Shown: positions 1-10,235 of the stretch, piece by piece
How the letters are laid out: each line of letters begins with the position of its first letter
Numbering within the stretch: position 1 is the first letter of the stretch
Origin: Chloroflexota bacterium
GTDB lineage: Bacteria > Chloroflexota > Limnocylindria > Limnocylindrales > CSP1-4
Direction of reading: 5' to 3'
NCBI GenBank assembly: GCA_027364875.1
Contig: DAHXON010000004.1
Coordinates: 15,089-79,088, forward strand
DNA length: 64,000 bases
Position numbers and translations under genes: made by a program
Notes under the pieces: model-generated
Databases searched by the model: none
What the model was told of the DNA's origin: nothing
Seen by the model: the letters and a program-made list of their open reading frames with translations, nothing else

Positions 1-79
1 CGGATGGCGAGGTCATCGAAGTCCTCGAGCAGAACTGATGCCGCGGTTCAGCTGTGGCTGACTGCCGATTGGGGAGGCG

Positions 80-607
80 TTGAACGAAGATGGGGCCGAC
101 CCTGGCCCGCGCGTGATCGTGGTTGGCCTGGGCAACCCGGTGCTCGGCGACGACGGAGTGGGCTGGCGCGTCGCCGACGAGGTCGAGCGACGCCTGATCG
201 ACGGCGCGGCCTCTGGGGAGCTCGATCCGGGCCGATCGGAGGCGGTCGTCGAGAGGCTCGGTGTCGGCGGAATTCGCCTGATGGAGACTATTTCGGGCTT
301 CAACGCCGCGATCCTGATAGACGCCGCCGAGTTCCCGGGCCAGGTTCCGGGCGAGGTACGGACGTGGAGCTTCGATGAGCTGCCCGACCACGGAGCCGGT
401 CATCTCGACTCCGTGCACGATGCTTCGCTGGTTACCGCACTGGCCCTGGGCCGCCGCCTCGGTGCTGTGATCCCGGCCCGGATCGACGTGGTGACCATCC
501 AGGCGGGCTCGACGGACGTCTTCGGCGAGGAGCTCAGCCGAGAAGTGGCGGCCGCGGTGCCGGCGGCGGCCGAGGCAGTGCTGGGTCTCCTGTCGAAGGG
601 GCGCTGA
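80..607 (+). CDS. hydrogenase maturation protease (HycI/HoxW/HyaD family)
   Basis: Translation shows RVIVVGLGNPVLGDDGVGWRVAD and LMETISGFNAAILIDAAEF, typical of Ni-Fe hydrogenase C-terminal endopeptidases. The true start is uncertain. Confidence 0.65.
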   Translation: MNEDGADPGPRVIVVGLGNPVLGDDGVGWRVADEVERRLIDGAASGELDPGRSEAVVERLGVGGIRLMETISGFNAAILIDAAEFPGQVPGEVRTWSFDELPDHGAGHLDSVHDASLVTALALGRRLGAVIPARIDVVTIQAGSTDVFGEELSREVAAAVPAAAEAVLGLLSKGR

Positions 608-1244
608 CGACGGCCCTACCGGACGGCACGCCCTATCCGCGCCGCTTCCGAACCGCTTCCCCGCCCGCCCGCGCCACACAGCAGCACGCACGGCTCGCCG
701 CCGGCGTACGAGTTATGTCCGTGTGCGTCGGCGAATACACGTGGGGGCTGGAACCGGGTTCGGTGCGCCCGCAACGCGTCGCTGAGGCCTGATTCGAGCT
801 CGCCGTCGGGCTCTCGCCGCCTGAGCCGGCCGCAATCGGGCCCGGCGGACGCCAATCCGTGACCTGGCAGGGACATTCGGCCCTCTCACAACCCTGGAGC
901 CACGCGACGTGTATCTGCGCGTGCACGCCCCGGCGGCCCAAGGCCGGCGCCAAGCGGCGGATTGCGGGCTCCGGAGGACCCGGGCGGGCAAGGGAGGACT
1001 CGGTTGAGCTCGCGGGCTCTCACGCTGCGGCGCCTCAGCGCCCCGGCTGCTAGGCTGAGCCGGACGTGGTTTCCCACCCGACTGGACAGGACGTTGTGAC
1101 CTTCGGCCCCGATGATGAGGCAGAGTGGTCGGTGTCGAACGCCCGCCAGTTCGGCGACCATGCTGGTAAACACTGACCGACTTACTATCAAATTGCCGCC
1201 GCCGGTCGCAGGGCCGGAGCACAGTCGGAGCCATTCGGAGCGAT

Positions 1245-2081
1245 ATGCATCCCATCGTGAGTAAGGCGCAGCTGTCGCCCAACGTCACTCGCCTCGTGGT
1301 CGAGGCACCTCGGATCGCCGAGATCCGCCGGCCGGGCCAGTTCGTCATCGTCCGCCGCGGACCGGGCGCGGAGCGCATCCCGCTGACGGTCGCCGACGTG
1401 GACAAGGCCGCGGGCACGATCAGCCTGGTGATCCAGGCCATCGGAAAGAGCACCCACGAGCTGACGTCGCTCAACGTCGGCGACGCGATCCAGGACATCG
1501 CCGGGCCGCTCGGCAATCCCACTCACCTCCTTGCCGGCGGCCACGCGGTCTGCGTCGGCGGCGGGGTGGGCACCGCGGTCGCGTACCCGATCGCCCAGGC
1601 GCTCGCCGCCAACGGAGTCCACGTGACCAGCGTCATCGGCGGTCGATCCAAGGAGTGGGTCATCTACGAGCAGGAGCTCCGAGCGGTCGGCGACGTGGTC
1701 GTCTGCACGGACGACGGCAGCTACGGCCGGCCCGGCTTCGTGACCGAGGCACTCAAGGAGCTGTGCGAGGCCGGCGGGATCGACGAGGTCTTCGCCATCG
1801 GCCCGGTGCCGATGATGCGGGCCTGCTCCGAGCTGACGCGCCCGTTCGGCATCAAGACGACGGTCTCGCTCAACTCGATCATGATCGACGGGACGGGGAT
1901 GTGCGGCGGCTGCCGCGTCTCCATCGACGGCAAGACCGAATACGCCTGTGTCGACGGCCCCGAGTTCGACGGCCATACGGTCGACTTCCGCCAGCTGGCC
2001 GACCGGCTGAACACCTACCGCGAGTTCGAGCAGGCGGCACTCGAACGCTGGACGAGCGAACATGCGGGAGCCGCCCGATGA
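1245..2081 (+). CDS. nfnA: NfnA/SudB-like subunit of a ferredoxin:NADP oxidoreductase (PyrK-like FAD/NAD-binding domain with a 2Fe-2S site)
   Basis: FAD/NAD-binding fold and a C-terminal MCGGCRV cysteine cluster. RBS GGAG sits before the ATG at 1245. The stop overlaps the next ORF start by 4 bp (ATGA at 2078). Confidence 0.7.
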   Translation: MHPIVSKAQLSPNVTRLVVEAPRIAEIRRPGQFVIVRRGPGAERIPLTVADVDKAAGTISLVIQAIGKSTHELTSLNVGDAIQDIAGPLGNPTHLLAGGHAVCVGGGVGTAVAYPIAQALAANGVHVTSVIGGRSKEWVIYEQELRAVGDVVVCTDDGSYGRPGFVTEALKELCEAGGIDEVFAIGPVPMMRACSELTRPFGIKTTVSLNSIMIDGTGMCGGCRVSIDGKTEYACVDGPEFDGHTVDFRQLADRLNTYREFEQAALERWTSEHAGAAR

Positions 2082-3577
2082 CCGACAACCTTACTCTCGC
2101 CGAGCGCCTCGCGGCGCACCTGGAGCCGCTTCCCAAGAAGGAGCGGATGAAGATCGATCGCCACTCGATGGTCGAGCAGGATGCGCTCGCCCGGGCGAAG
2201 AACTTCGCCGAAGTGAACCTCGGCTACACCGAGCAGCTCGCGATCCTCGAGGCGGACCGCTGCCTCCAGTGCCCCAAGCCGTACTGCATCGACGGCTGCC
2301 CGGTTTCGGTGAACATCCCGAACTTCATCCGACTCCTCGGCGAAGGCGACGTCAAGGCGGCGGCCGACTCGCTGCTCGGCGACAACGCCCTGCCGTGCGT
2401 CACCGGCCGCGTATGCCCGCAAGAAACTCAGTGCGAGCAGGTCTGCCTGCGCGGCAAGACCGGCAAGCCCGTCGCCATCGGCTACCTCGAGCGCTTCGTG
2501 GCCGACTGGGCTATCAACCATCGCGACGCGTTCGCGGACGCCCGGCCCACGCCCACAGGCAAGACCGTGGCAATCGTCGGTTCCGGACCGGCCGGCCTCA
2601 CCGCCGCCGGCGAGCTGACCAAGCGCGGCCACAAGGTCACGATTTTCGAGGCGTTCCACGCGGCCGGCGGCGTCCTGATCTACGGCATCCCGGAGTTCCG
2701 CCTGCCCAAGGACATCGTCCAGAAGGAAGTGGACCGGCTCGTCGCGGATGGCGTGGACATCGAGCCCAACTCGATCGTCGGCAAGACGTTCACCCTGCCG
2801 GAGCTTCGCGAGAAGTTCGACGCCGTGTTCGTCGCCGTGGGCGCGGGTCTGCCGGTCTTCATGGGCGTCCCGGGAGAGAACTTCAAGGGCGTCTACTCGG
2901 CCAACGAGTACCTGACCCGCGTCAACCTGATGGGCGCCTACAACCCGGACTCCGACACGCCGATCCTGCGCGGCAAGCGCGTGGCAGTCGTCGGCGGCGG
3001 CAACGTCGCCATGGACTCCGTCCGAACCGCCAGGCGACTCGGGGCCCAGGAAGCGGTCATCGTCTATCGCCGTTCCCGGACCGAGCTGCCCGCCCGCGTC
3101 GAGGAAGTCCACCACGCCGAAGAAGAAGGCGTCCGGTTCGAGTTCCTCACGGCGCCGACGGAAGTCCTCGCCGACGAGAAGGGCTGGGTCAGCGGCCTCA
3201 AGTGCGTGCGCATGGAGCTCGGCGAGCCCGACGCGTCCGGCCGCCGCCGGCCCGTGGAAATCCCCGGATCCGAGTTCGTCTTCGAGTGCGACATCGTGGT
3301 GGCTGCCATCGGCACGCGCTCCAACCCGCTGCTCACTTCGACCTCACCCGACCTGAAGGTCAACAAGTGGGGCTACATCGAGGTTGACGGCAACCTCCAG
3401 AGCTCGATGCCGGGCGTGTTCGCCGGCGGCGACATCGTCCGCGGCGCGGCCACGGTCATCCTGGCCATGGGAGACGGCAAGAAGGCGGGCCAGAACATCG
3501 ACGCTTACTTGCGCGGCGAACTGGCCGCGCCCCAGCCCGAAGCTGAGCCGGCGTCGGCGACCGCCAGGGGGCATTGA
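2078..3577 (+). CDS. nfnB: NfnB/SudA/GltD-like NADPH-dependent oxidoreductase large subunit (glutamate synthase small-chain family)
   Basis: Two ferredoxin-like Cys clusters (CLQCPKPYCIDGCP and CVTGRVCPQETQCEQVC). Two dinucleotide-binding motifs (IVGSGPAGLTAAGEL and VVGGGNVAMD). The start is the ATG at 2078, inside the longer 1655 ORF. Confidence 0.8.
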   Translation: MTDNLTLAERLAAHLEPLPKKERMKIDRHSMVEQDALARAKNFAEVNLGYTEQLAILEADRCLQCPKPYCIDGCPVSVNIPNFIRLLGEGDVKAAADSLLGDNALPCVTGRVCPQETQCEQVCLRGKTGKPVAIGYLERFVADWAINHRDAFADARPTPTGKTVAIVGSGPAGLTAAGELTKRGHKVTIFEAFHAAGGVLIYGIPEFRLPKDIVQKEVDRLVADGVDIEPNSIVGKTFTLPELREKFDAVFVAVGAGLPVFMGVPGENFKGVYSANEYLTRVNLMGAYNPDSDTPILRGKRVAVVGGGNVAMDSVRTARRLGAQEAVIVYRRSRTELPARVEEVHHAEEEGVRFEFLTAPTEVLADEKGWVSGLKCVRMELGEPDASGRRRPVEIPGSEFVFECDIVVAAIGTRSNPLLTSTSPDLKVNKWGYIEVDGNLQSSMPGVFAGGDIVRGAATVILAMGDGKKAGQNIDAYLRGELAAPQPEAEPASATARGH

Positions 3578-3659
3578 GCGTCGGTCGAGCGCAGCGTGGC
3601 GGCCGAGCGGCCGCGAACGAGAGCTCTACCAAAGGCTCGCCACCTTCGTACACGCCAGA

Positions 3660-3695
3660 AACGCCGGGCCCGATTTGCCCGGCGTTCTTGTGTCT
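3660..3695. terminator. Bidirectional intrinsic terminator between convergent genes
   Basis: Perfect 10-bp stem aacgccgggc/gcccggcgtt with a 7-nt loop, followed by cttgtgtct. It lies between the nfnB stop (3577) and the stop of the minus-strand small ORF (3727). Confidence 0.5.
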
Positions 3696-3726
3696 GGCGG
3701 GAGGTCATGCCTTTGGCGTTCGCCGG

Positions 3727-3930
3727 TCAGGCGACCTTGGATTTGGTCGTCCAGGCCTTGAAGATCACCGAGCCGCCGAGGCAAAGGACGATGAGGGGCC
3801 AGACGCGATCCCAGTCGATCTCGTCGAGAGGCAGGCCAAAGGTGTTGCGGAGCAGATACCACACGCCGGTGGTGAGCAGAACCAGTCCGAAGATGATGCC
3901 GGGGGCGTCCAGTCGCTTGATGTCGTTCAT
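3727..3930 (-). CDS. Small membrane protein (67 aa, 2 predicted TM), divergent from the histidine kinase
   Basis: MNDIKRLDAPGIIFGLVLLTTGVWYLL...WPLIVLCLGGSVIFKAW. Strong RBS AGGAGAG sits 7 nt before the ATG at 3930. No family assigned. Confidence 0.45.
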   Translation of the reverse strand: MNDIKRLDAPGIIFGLVLLTTGVWYLLRNTFGLPLDEIDWDRVWPLIVLCLGGSVIFKAWTTKSKVA

Positions 3931-4077
3931 TTTTCTCTCCTCGTTGTCGTGGTGGCTGACTGATGCAGCGATGCGACAATGACTCGCCGGCGCCGCCGGG
4001 TCATTGGAGCGGACACGCAATCCGGGTTGGGGCTAGCCCCATAGTCGAGTGACGGCCCGGAGTGGCAGGATGCCGTC

Positions 4078-5850
4078 ATGAACGACTATCTGCGGGCTGT
4101 TCGAGGAGACGGATCCAGACTCGTGCCCTGCGCGTCACGGGCGATCCTCGGTGGGCTCTTCGCCCTCGCCGCCCTCGAGGCAAGCGGCATGGCCGCCCTG
4201 CGCCTGGCCGTCACCGAGACCGGCCCGGTCGTGGTCCTGGCCAGCGCCGCCGTCGGCCTGTCGTTCGTGACAGCCGGGCTCGTCGCCTGGGACCGGCGGC
4301 CCGGCAACGTCATGGGCCCGCTGATGGTTCTGGCCGGTTTCCTTTGGAACGCCGGCCGACTGCAGGGACCGGCCCCGTTCCCAATGGTCGCAGTCGCATT
4401 CGTGGCGACTTCCGTCGGGCTGGCGCTGGTCATCTACATGCTCCTCGCGATTCCGTCGGGGCGGCTGGGCTCTCGCGTCGACCGGGCGATCGTGCTTTTC
4501 GCGTTCCTGGCCGGCATCCGTGACATACCGAGCGTCAGCGGCGACAACCCGCTCCGGGGCGTCCTGGAGACGGCGCCCTGGCCGACTCTGTCGGCGTCGC
4601 TCGAAGTCGTGGCAGATTTCACCGTCGCGGCGGCTATAGCCAGCGTCGTCGTGCGGTGGTGGCGCTCATCTCCCGCCGGCCGACGCCCCCTCGCGCCCGT
4701 CTACCTGGCGGCCCTGGTGGTGGGGTTGCGAGCGATCCTCGAGGAAGTCGTAGTCGCCGTCGGGCTGGTCAAAGACGGCAGCGACCTGCTCAGGCTGGCC
4801 GAGCTGGCATCTTTCGCCCTGATTCCGCTCAGCGTTCTGATGGGCCTGCTGGCTGCCAGGCTGGCGCGAACGGCAGTCGCCGATCTGGTCATCGAGCTCG
4901 GCAAGACGCCCGAGCCGGCTCGCCTGCGAGCGGCCCTCGCTCAGGCCCTCGGAGATCCCGAGCTCGAGCTGCTTCGCTGGTCGCCCGAGCGCGCGGCATA
5001 CGTCGACGATTCGGGACAGGCGGTCGATCCGTCGGATCGAGCTGGCTCTCGCGCGGTCACGCTACTCGAGCGCGCCGGCATCCCTCTGGCGGCGATCGTC
5101 CACGACCCCGCGCTGCTGGACGACCCGGGTCTGATGCCGTCGGTCGCCACCGCGATGCGTCTCGAGGTCGAGAACGAGCGCCTCCAGGCCGAGGTGACTC
5201 GACAGCTGGCCGAGGTCCGGATCTCCCGGGCGAGAATCGTCGAGGCCGGAGACGCGGAGCGAAAGCACGTGGAGAGGAATCTCCATGACGGAGCCCAGCA
5301 GCGGCTTCTGTCGCTCTCCCTGGCGCTCCGCCTCCTTCGCTCCAGGCTGGGGCCGGACGCGGATCCCGCCGTCCTCGCCGATGTCGACGCCGTGTCGAAG
5401 GAGCTCAGGGAGGCCATCTCCGAGTTGCGTGAGCTGGCTCGTGGGATCCACCCGACGGTGCTGGTCCAGGCTGGACTCCGCGAGGCGCTTCTTACGCTCG
5501 CCGAACGCTCGCCCGTCCCGGTCGTGGTCGAAGCGGCTCCGGCGGAGAGGTTCGAGCCCACCGTCGAAGCCACCGCCTACTTCATCGCGGCGGAGGGGCT
5601 CGCGAACGTTGCCAGGTACGCGAACGCTGATAGGGCGGCGATCACAGCCGCCATCTGCGGCGACCGCCTGACCATCGAGATCCGGGACGATGGAATTGGA
5701 GGCGCGGATCCCTCACGCGGCAGCGGCCTGCGCGGCCTCTGCGATCGCGTCGAGGCGGTCGGCGGCAGGTTCGAGATCGACAGTCCCGTCAACGGCGGGA
5801 CGCGCCTGCGGGCCGACATCCCCCTCGACAGCCACGAGCTCTGGCAGTGA
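4078..5850 (+). CDS. Membrane sensor histidine kinase, NarL/LiaS type (HisKA_3 + HATPase_c)
   Basis: About 300 aa of multi-TM N-terminus, then a coiled coil. H-box ERKHVERNLHDGAQQRLLSL, G-boxes, and DDGIGGADPSRGSGLRGLCDRVEAVGGRFEI. Confidence 0.85.
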   Translation: MNDYLRAVRGDGSRLVPCASRAILGGLFALAALEASGMAALRLAVTETGPVVVLASAAVGLSFVTAGLVAWDRRPGNVMGPLMVLAGFLWNAGRLQGPAPFPMVAVAFVATSVGLALVIYMLLAIPSGRLGSRVDRAIVLFAFLAGIRDIPSVSGDNPLRGVLETAPWPTLSASLEVVADFTVAAAIASVVVRWWRSSPAGRRPLAPVYLAALVVGLRAILEEVVVAVGLVKDGSDLLRLAELASFALIPLSVLMGLLAARLARTAVADLVIELGKTPEPARLRAALAQALGDPELELLRWSPERAAYVDDSGQAVDPSDRAGSRAVTLLERAGIPLAAIVHDPALLDDPGLMPSVATAMRLEVENERLQAEVTRQLAEVRISRARIVEAGDAERKHVERNLHDGAQQRLLSLSLALRLLRSRLGPDADPAVLADVDAVSKELREAISELRELARGIHPTVLVQAGLREALLTLAERSPVPVVVEAAPAERFEPTVEATAYFIAAEGLANVARYANADRAAITAAICGDRLTIEIRDDGIGGADPSRGSGLRGLCDRVEAVGGRFEIDSPVNGGTRLRADIPLDSHELWQ

Positions 5851-6218
5851 GCGGGACCAAGGTGCGCACGATCCTGATCGTCGACGACCACCAGGGCTTC
5901 CGGTCCCTGGCCCGAACGCTGCTCGAAACTGAAGGCTGCGACGTGATCGGCGAGGCGTTGGACGGCCGGAACGCGATAGAGATGGCCCGGTCCCTCCGAC
6001 CGGATCTCGTGCTGCTCGATATCGGCCTGCCGGATCTCGATGGTTTCGACGTGGCCCGGTCGCTCACCTCGGGAGAGTTCGCGCCTCTCGTCATCTTGAT
6101 CTCGAGTCGCGACGCGGCCGCCTATGGGTCGCGAATCGGGGCCAGCGGGGCGCTGGGATTCATCTCTAAAGACCAGTTGTCGGGCGCGGCAATCGCCGCC
6201 CTCGCCGACGGGAGGTGA
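5847..6218 (+). CDS. Stand-alone receiver-domain response regulator (CheY-like, no output domain)
   Basis: ILIVDDHQGFR...DLVLLDIGLPDLDGF receiver motifs. 123 aa. The start overlaps the HK stop by 4 bp. Confidence 0.8.
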   Translation: MSGTKVRTILIVDDHQGFRSLARTLLETEGCDVIGEALDGRNAIEMARSLRPDLVLLDIGLPDLDGFDVARSLTSGEFAPLVILISSRDAAAYGSRIGASGALGFISKDQLSGAAIAALADGR

Positions 6219-6871
6219 CCGTGCGCGTCGTCCTGGCCGACGATTCGGTCCTGTTCCGGGAGGGCATGGCTCGGCTCCTTCGAGAGGCGGATCTGCAGGT
6301 CGTCGGACAGGCGGCCACCGGCGATGAGCTCCTGGACCTTGTCCGGCTTCAGAAGCCGGACGTAGCCGTCGTGGACATCCGCATGCCCCCGACGCACACG
6401 GACGAGGGCTTGCGCGCGGCCGAGGCGATCCGCGCCGAGCACGGGCAGGCCGTCGGAGTCCTGATCCTGTCTCAGTACCTCGATGCCGGGTTCGCGGTTC
6501 GCGTCGCGACCGAGGGCGAGGGTGGACTTGGATACCTGCTCAAGGACAGGGTCTCCGATCTCGAAGATTTCGCCGAGGCGGTTCGCCGTGTCGGCCGGGG
6601 AGGCGTCGTCATCGACCCGAGCGTCGTCGCCCAGCTGGTCGGTCGGCGCCGGGTCAAGGGTCCCCTCGACGAGCTATCGGACCGGGAACGAGAAGTCCTG
6701 GCGCTCATGGCCGAGGGTCGCAGCAACCTCGCCATCGCCGACCGGCTCTTCGTGACGGAGAAGACGGTCGAGGCGCACATCGCCAGCGTCTTCTCCAAGC
6801 TGGGACTGCTGCCCGCGACGGACGACCATCGACGGGTCCTGGCGGTCCTGACCTACCTGCGAGCCAGCTGA
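6215..6871 (+). CDS. NarL/FixJ-family response regulator (receiver + LuxR-type HTH)
   Basis: VVLADDSVLFREG..VAVVDIRMPP receiver, plus C-terminal LSDREREVLALMAEGRSNLAIADRLFVTEKTVEAHIASVFSKLG. It overlaps the upstream receiver gene by 4 bp. Confidence 0.85.
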   Translation: MTVRVVLADDSVLFREGMARLLREADLQVVGQAATGDELLDLVRLQKPDVAVVDIRMPPTHTDEGLRAAEAIRAEHGQAVGVLILSQYLDAGFAVRVATEGEGGLGYLLKDRVSDLEDFAEAVRRVGRGGVVIDPSVVAQLVGRRRVKGPLDELSDREREVLALMAEGRSNLAIADRLFVTEKTVEAHIASVFSKLGLLPATDDHRRVLAVLTYLRAS

Positions 6872-7321
6872 GGCCAGTCGCAAACGCGAGCGGCACCGCC
6901 GCGGCGCCAGGAGGCGGCGGCGCGAGCCCACCAATCCGTTTAGCGGGCGGTTCGAGGCCGCCCTGCCTGATCAGTGCGGGTATTGGGGCGGCTGAGGCCC
7001 TTGCGGTCCCTGCGGCGTCTGCGGCTGCAGCAGCGGCGTGGGCGGCCGGCCGAACAAGGCCCGGATCGAGTTGAGGTTGAGGTAGTAGAGGACCGCGGCG
7101 TCGACGCCGATGTTGATGGCCGCGGACACGATCGTATCGCCATGGACCGCCAGGCAATCAGCAGATAGACGGCCGCGGAGGCGATGCACAGCCCGACCCC
7201 GAGCATCCAGGCCCACGGGCGAATCCGCCTCAGGCCTCAGGCAAGGGCGAACGCGGCCACGGCCCCGGCCACTGACACGAGCGCGGCCGCCGGTGGCTCG
7301 CCCCCGACCCACCCGCCGGCC

Positions 7322-10072
7322 TCAAGCGCCCCGGAAGCGCCTCAAAGGCGCCGGAACGTCTCGGGGGCCGCCCGCGTAGCTCGATTCGATCGATTCGCCG
7401 CCGCCGGTCACGCGGAACCGATCGACGAGAGCATCGAGGTTTCGAGCCATCTCGGCGAGCGAGGCGGCCGCCTCGACGACGCTCTGGACCTGCGCGGACA
7501 TCTCCTCGGATGCGGCCGAGACTTCCTCGGCAGCCGCGGAGTTCTCCTCGCTGATGGCCGCGATCGCCTGCGTGGACTCGGACACGGTCCGCGCCGAGGC
7601 TTGCATCTCAACCGCGGAGCGACTCGTCTCGGCCGCGATAGTGGCGATCGCGTCCGAAGCCGCAACGGCGGCATCTGAGGCGGCCGTGATTTCCTTGACA
7701 GCCTCGGAGATGCGGCTCGCGGCGTCGCGAGTGGCCGCCACCGAGGTCGTGATCGTTCCCAGGCATGCACCCGCGTCCGCGGCGAGGCTCGACCCGGATG
7801 CGACGTCCGCGGCGCCGCGCTCCATAGCCGCAACCGCGTCTGCCGTGCCCCGCTGAACCTCGCCCACGAGGCTTCCGATCTCCTTGGTTGCCTGAGAGCT
7901 GCGCTCGGCCAGCTTGCGCACTTCGTCGGCGACCACCGCGAAACCCTGCCCGGCAGAGCCGGCTCGGGCCGCTTCGATTGCGGCGTTGAGGGCGAGGAGG
8001 TTGGTCTGGTCGGCGATCTCGGAGATGGTGTCCACGATGACGCCGATTCGGTCGCCCTTGGTTCGCAACTCGCGAACGGCGCCGACCACGGCTGTGTTCG
8101 AGGTGCTGATTCTGTCCATGCCGCGAATTACTTCGCCAACGGATGCGAGGCCGGTCGTCGTGGCTTCGGCCGCGCTGCCTGCGGCGGCAACGACTTCGGA
8201 TGAGGCTCGCGAGGCGTCGACGAGGCCGCTAGCGACCGACCCGAGCGCTCCGGAAGCCGCGGCGACGCGGTCGTCGGTATCGGAGGCGGCGCGGTTGATT
8301 CGGGCGATCATTCCGCCCAGATCGTTCACCGAAGCCGCGGTAGCCGAAGCCGCGGCAGCCTGATCGCCGGCACCTCGCGCCACCTGCGCGATCGTCTGGG
8401 CGACCTGTCCGGAAGCGGCCCCGGTCTGGCTGGCCGTGTCGTCCAGCCGGCTGGATGCCTCGGTGAGTGCCACCGACGCCGACCGGATCTGCTCCACCAT
8501 CTCCCGCAGGTTGGAGGTCATGCGGTTGAAGGCAAGCCCCAGTGCGTCCTTCTCCGACGCGGGCGTCACGGAAACCGTGAGGTCGTTGCTCGCGATCGCG
8601 GCGGACGCCTGGCTCATGGTTTGCAGATACGAGATCACACGGCGGATCGAGTCGGCCAGGAGGCCAACCTCATTCCGGCTCTCGTAGGTCACATCCTGGT
8701 CCACCTCGCCGCGGGCGAGGGCATCCGCGGCTCCGACGATGCCGCGGAGCGGCGACACGACTTTGCGCGTCGCGCTCCAGAGGATGCCGCCGCCGAGCAC
8801 GGCCAGCAGGAGGCCAACGAGCACGAACGTCCACAGCATCTGATCTCGTCCGGCGACCAGACCTGCCGAGGCAACGGCCATGTCATCCCGATACGCCGAC
8901 GCACCGATGACCCAGTCCCACTCCGGGTAGTAGCCGACGAGGGCAACCTTGGTACGCGGCTGGCTGTCACCGGGGTTCTGCCAGCTGTACTCATACGAGA
9001 CGAAGGATCCTGCCGGGGCGGCTTTGGCCGCCGCGATTATGTCTCGGATTACGTAGTTGCACTTCACGTCCTTCGTATCCCAGACGTTCTCACCGTCGCG
9101 CTTACCACCCTGGCTCACGATGTACTGGCCCTGCATCGCGCCGCTGCCGCCCAGCACGAAGACGTACCCGGACGCGCCGATCTTGGCCGCGATGATCTCG
9201 GTCCGGAGGCCCCCCGCGCTGTCCTGGGGGGTTCCGGCGAAGAGCATGCCGATGACCTTGCCGGATGCGTCGACCAGCGGCGAGTACGCCGCCACGTACA
9301 TCTGGTCCACCACTTTGGCCACGCCGTGGTAGGTCTTGCCGGCGAGGACCGAGGCCACGACCGCGTTGGGCGTTCCGTCGGCGGCGGCCGCGGGTACATA
9401 TGTCCCGATGGCGCGCTTGCCACCCGACTGGACCGTCGTGGAGACGCGCAGCATGTCCCCACGCTCGTTCATTCGCTGGAAGATGGTGATGTCGGTACCG
9501 CCCGCCAGGGCCTTGGCCTCGTCCACGAACGGGCTCGCGACCTTGGAATCGGCATTCTGGCCCACCCACGTGCCGCCCACCATCACCTTCGGCAGGACCA
9601 CCTGGGACGCGACCTTGGTGTTCTGGTCGACCGCGGTCCAGGTTTCGGTGTCTGTCGAGAGCGATACTCCACCCGCCACCTCGAGGACGTAGCCGATGTC
9701 CGCAAGACCGGTCGCGACCGAGGCGTTGACCATCTTCGCCTGGGCATCTACCAGACGATACGTGGACGCCGCCTGGTCGCTGAGGTTCTGGTCCACCTGC
9801 GCGTTGTTCTGGGCGCTTGCCCGGTCCAGAAACGACGAGCTCTGAACGGCTCCGACTCCGACGAGGGTCACCACGGTGAGCAAGACCGCCCCCACGCCGA
9901 TGGTGAGAAGGCGAGACTGGATGCCCGTGGGAACACGGAGAAGCCTGCGGGACACGACGGGGTCCTTTCTGAGGGGATACCCGCCCAAAGGCTGAGTGTC
10001 CCGCCACCGCCAGCCGGGCTGACGGCGACGAACAGCCCAGGTCGCGGCGATACCTGCCGACCATAGACCCAA
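7322..10072 (-). CDS. Methyl-accepting chemotaxis protein with a large periplasmic double-Cache-like sensor, HAMP and MCP signalling domain
   Basis: TM helix near the N-terminus, ~400 aa extracytoplasmic domain, a second TM, then a HAMP-like segment. Conserved MCP hairpin [23 protein letters not shown]. The exact start is uncertain. Confidence 0.85.
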   Translation of the reverse strand: MGLWSAGIAATWAVRRRQPGWRWRDTQPLGGYPLRKDPVVSRRLLRVPTGIQSRLLTIGVGAVLLTVVTLVGVGAVQSSSFLDRASAQNNAQVDQNLSDQAASTYRLVDAQAKMVNASVATGLADIGYVLEVAGGVSLSTDTETWTAVDQNTKVASQVVLPKVMVGGTWVGQNADSKVASPFVDEAKALAGGTDITIFQRMNERGDMLRVSTTVQSGGKRAIGTYVPAAAADGTPNAVVASVLAGKTYHGVAKVVDQMYVAAYSPLVDASGKVIGMLFAGTPQDSAGGLRTEIIAAKIGASGYVFVLGGSGAMQGQYIVSQGGKRDGENVWDTKDVKCNYVIRDIIAAAKAAPAGSFVSYEYSWQNPGDSQPRTKVALVGYYPEWDWVIGASAYRDDMAVASAGLVAGRDQMLWTFVLVGLLLAVLGGGILWSATRKVVSPLRGIVGAADALARGEVDQDVTYESRNEVGLLADSIRRVISYLQTMSQASAAIASNDLTVSVTPASEKDALGLAFNRMTSNLREMVEQIRSASVALTEASSRLDDTASQTGAASGQVAQTIAQVARGAGDQAAAASATAASVNDLGGMIARINRAASDTDDRVAAASGALGSVASGLVDASRASSEVVAAAGSAAEATTTGLASVGEVIRGMDRISTSNTAVVGAVRELRTKGDRIGVIVDTISEIADQTNLLALNAAIEAARAGSAGQGFAVVADEVRKLAERSSQATKEIGSLVGEVQRGTADAVAAMERGAADVASGSSLAADAGACLGTITTSVAATRDAASRISEAVKEITAASDAAVAASDAIATIAAETSRSAVEMQASARTVSESTQAIAAISEENSAAAEEVSAASEEMSAQVQSVVEAAASLAEMARNLDALVDRFRVTGGGESIESSYAGGPRDVPAPLRRFRGA

Positions 10073-10235
10073 CGCTCGGTCCGCCCCGACCCCGAGTTGG
10101 TCTCGTTGCTGGTATCGGCTACCCGTGCCGCATCGTGAGCGGCTCCCGGTTGCGCGGACCCAACTCCAGGGCGATCGGTGGCGCCAATGGAGATGAGAAT
10201 CGCCGCCGGCCGAGCTGTTGCCCCGGCCGACGGGC

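Noticed and set aside
713-1522. 269-aa minus-strand ORF spanning the non-coding region and the nfnA start
   Set aside because: Overlaps the supported nfnA start. Arg/Pro-rich, with no RBS or motifs.
8621-10066. 481-aa plus-strand ORF, and others (7914-8363, 9336-9692), antisense to the MCP
   Set aside because: Antisense to a gene with clear MCP motifs. Low-complexity translations.
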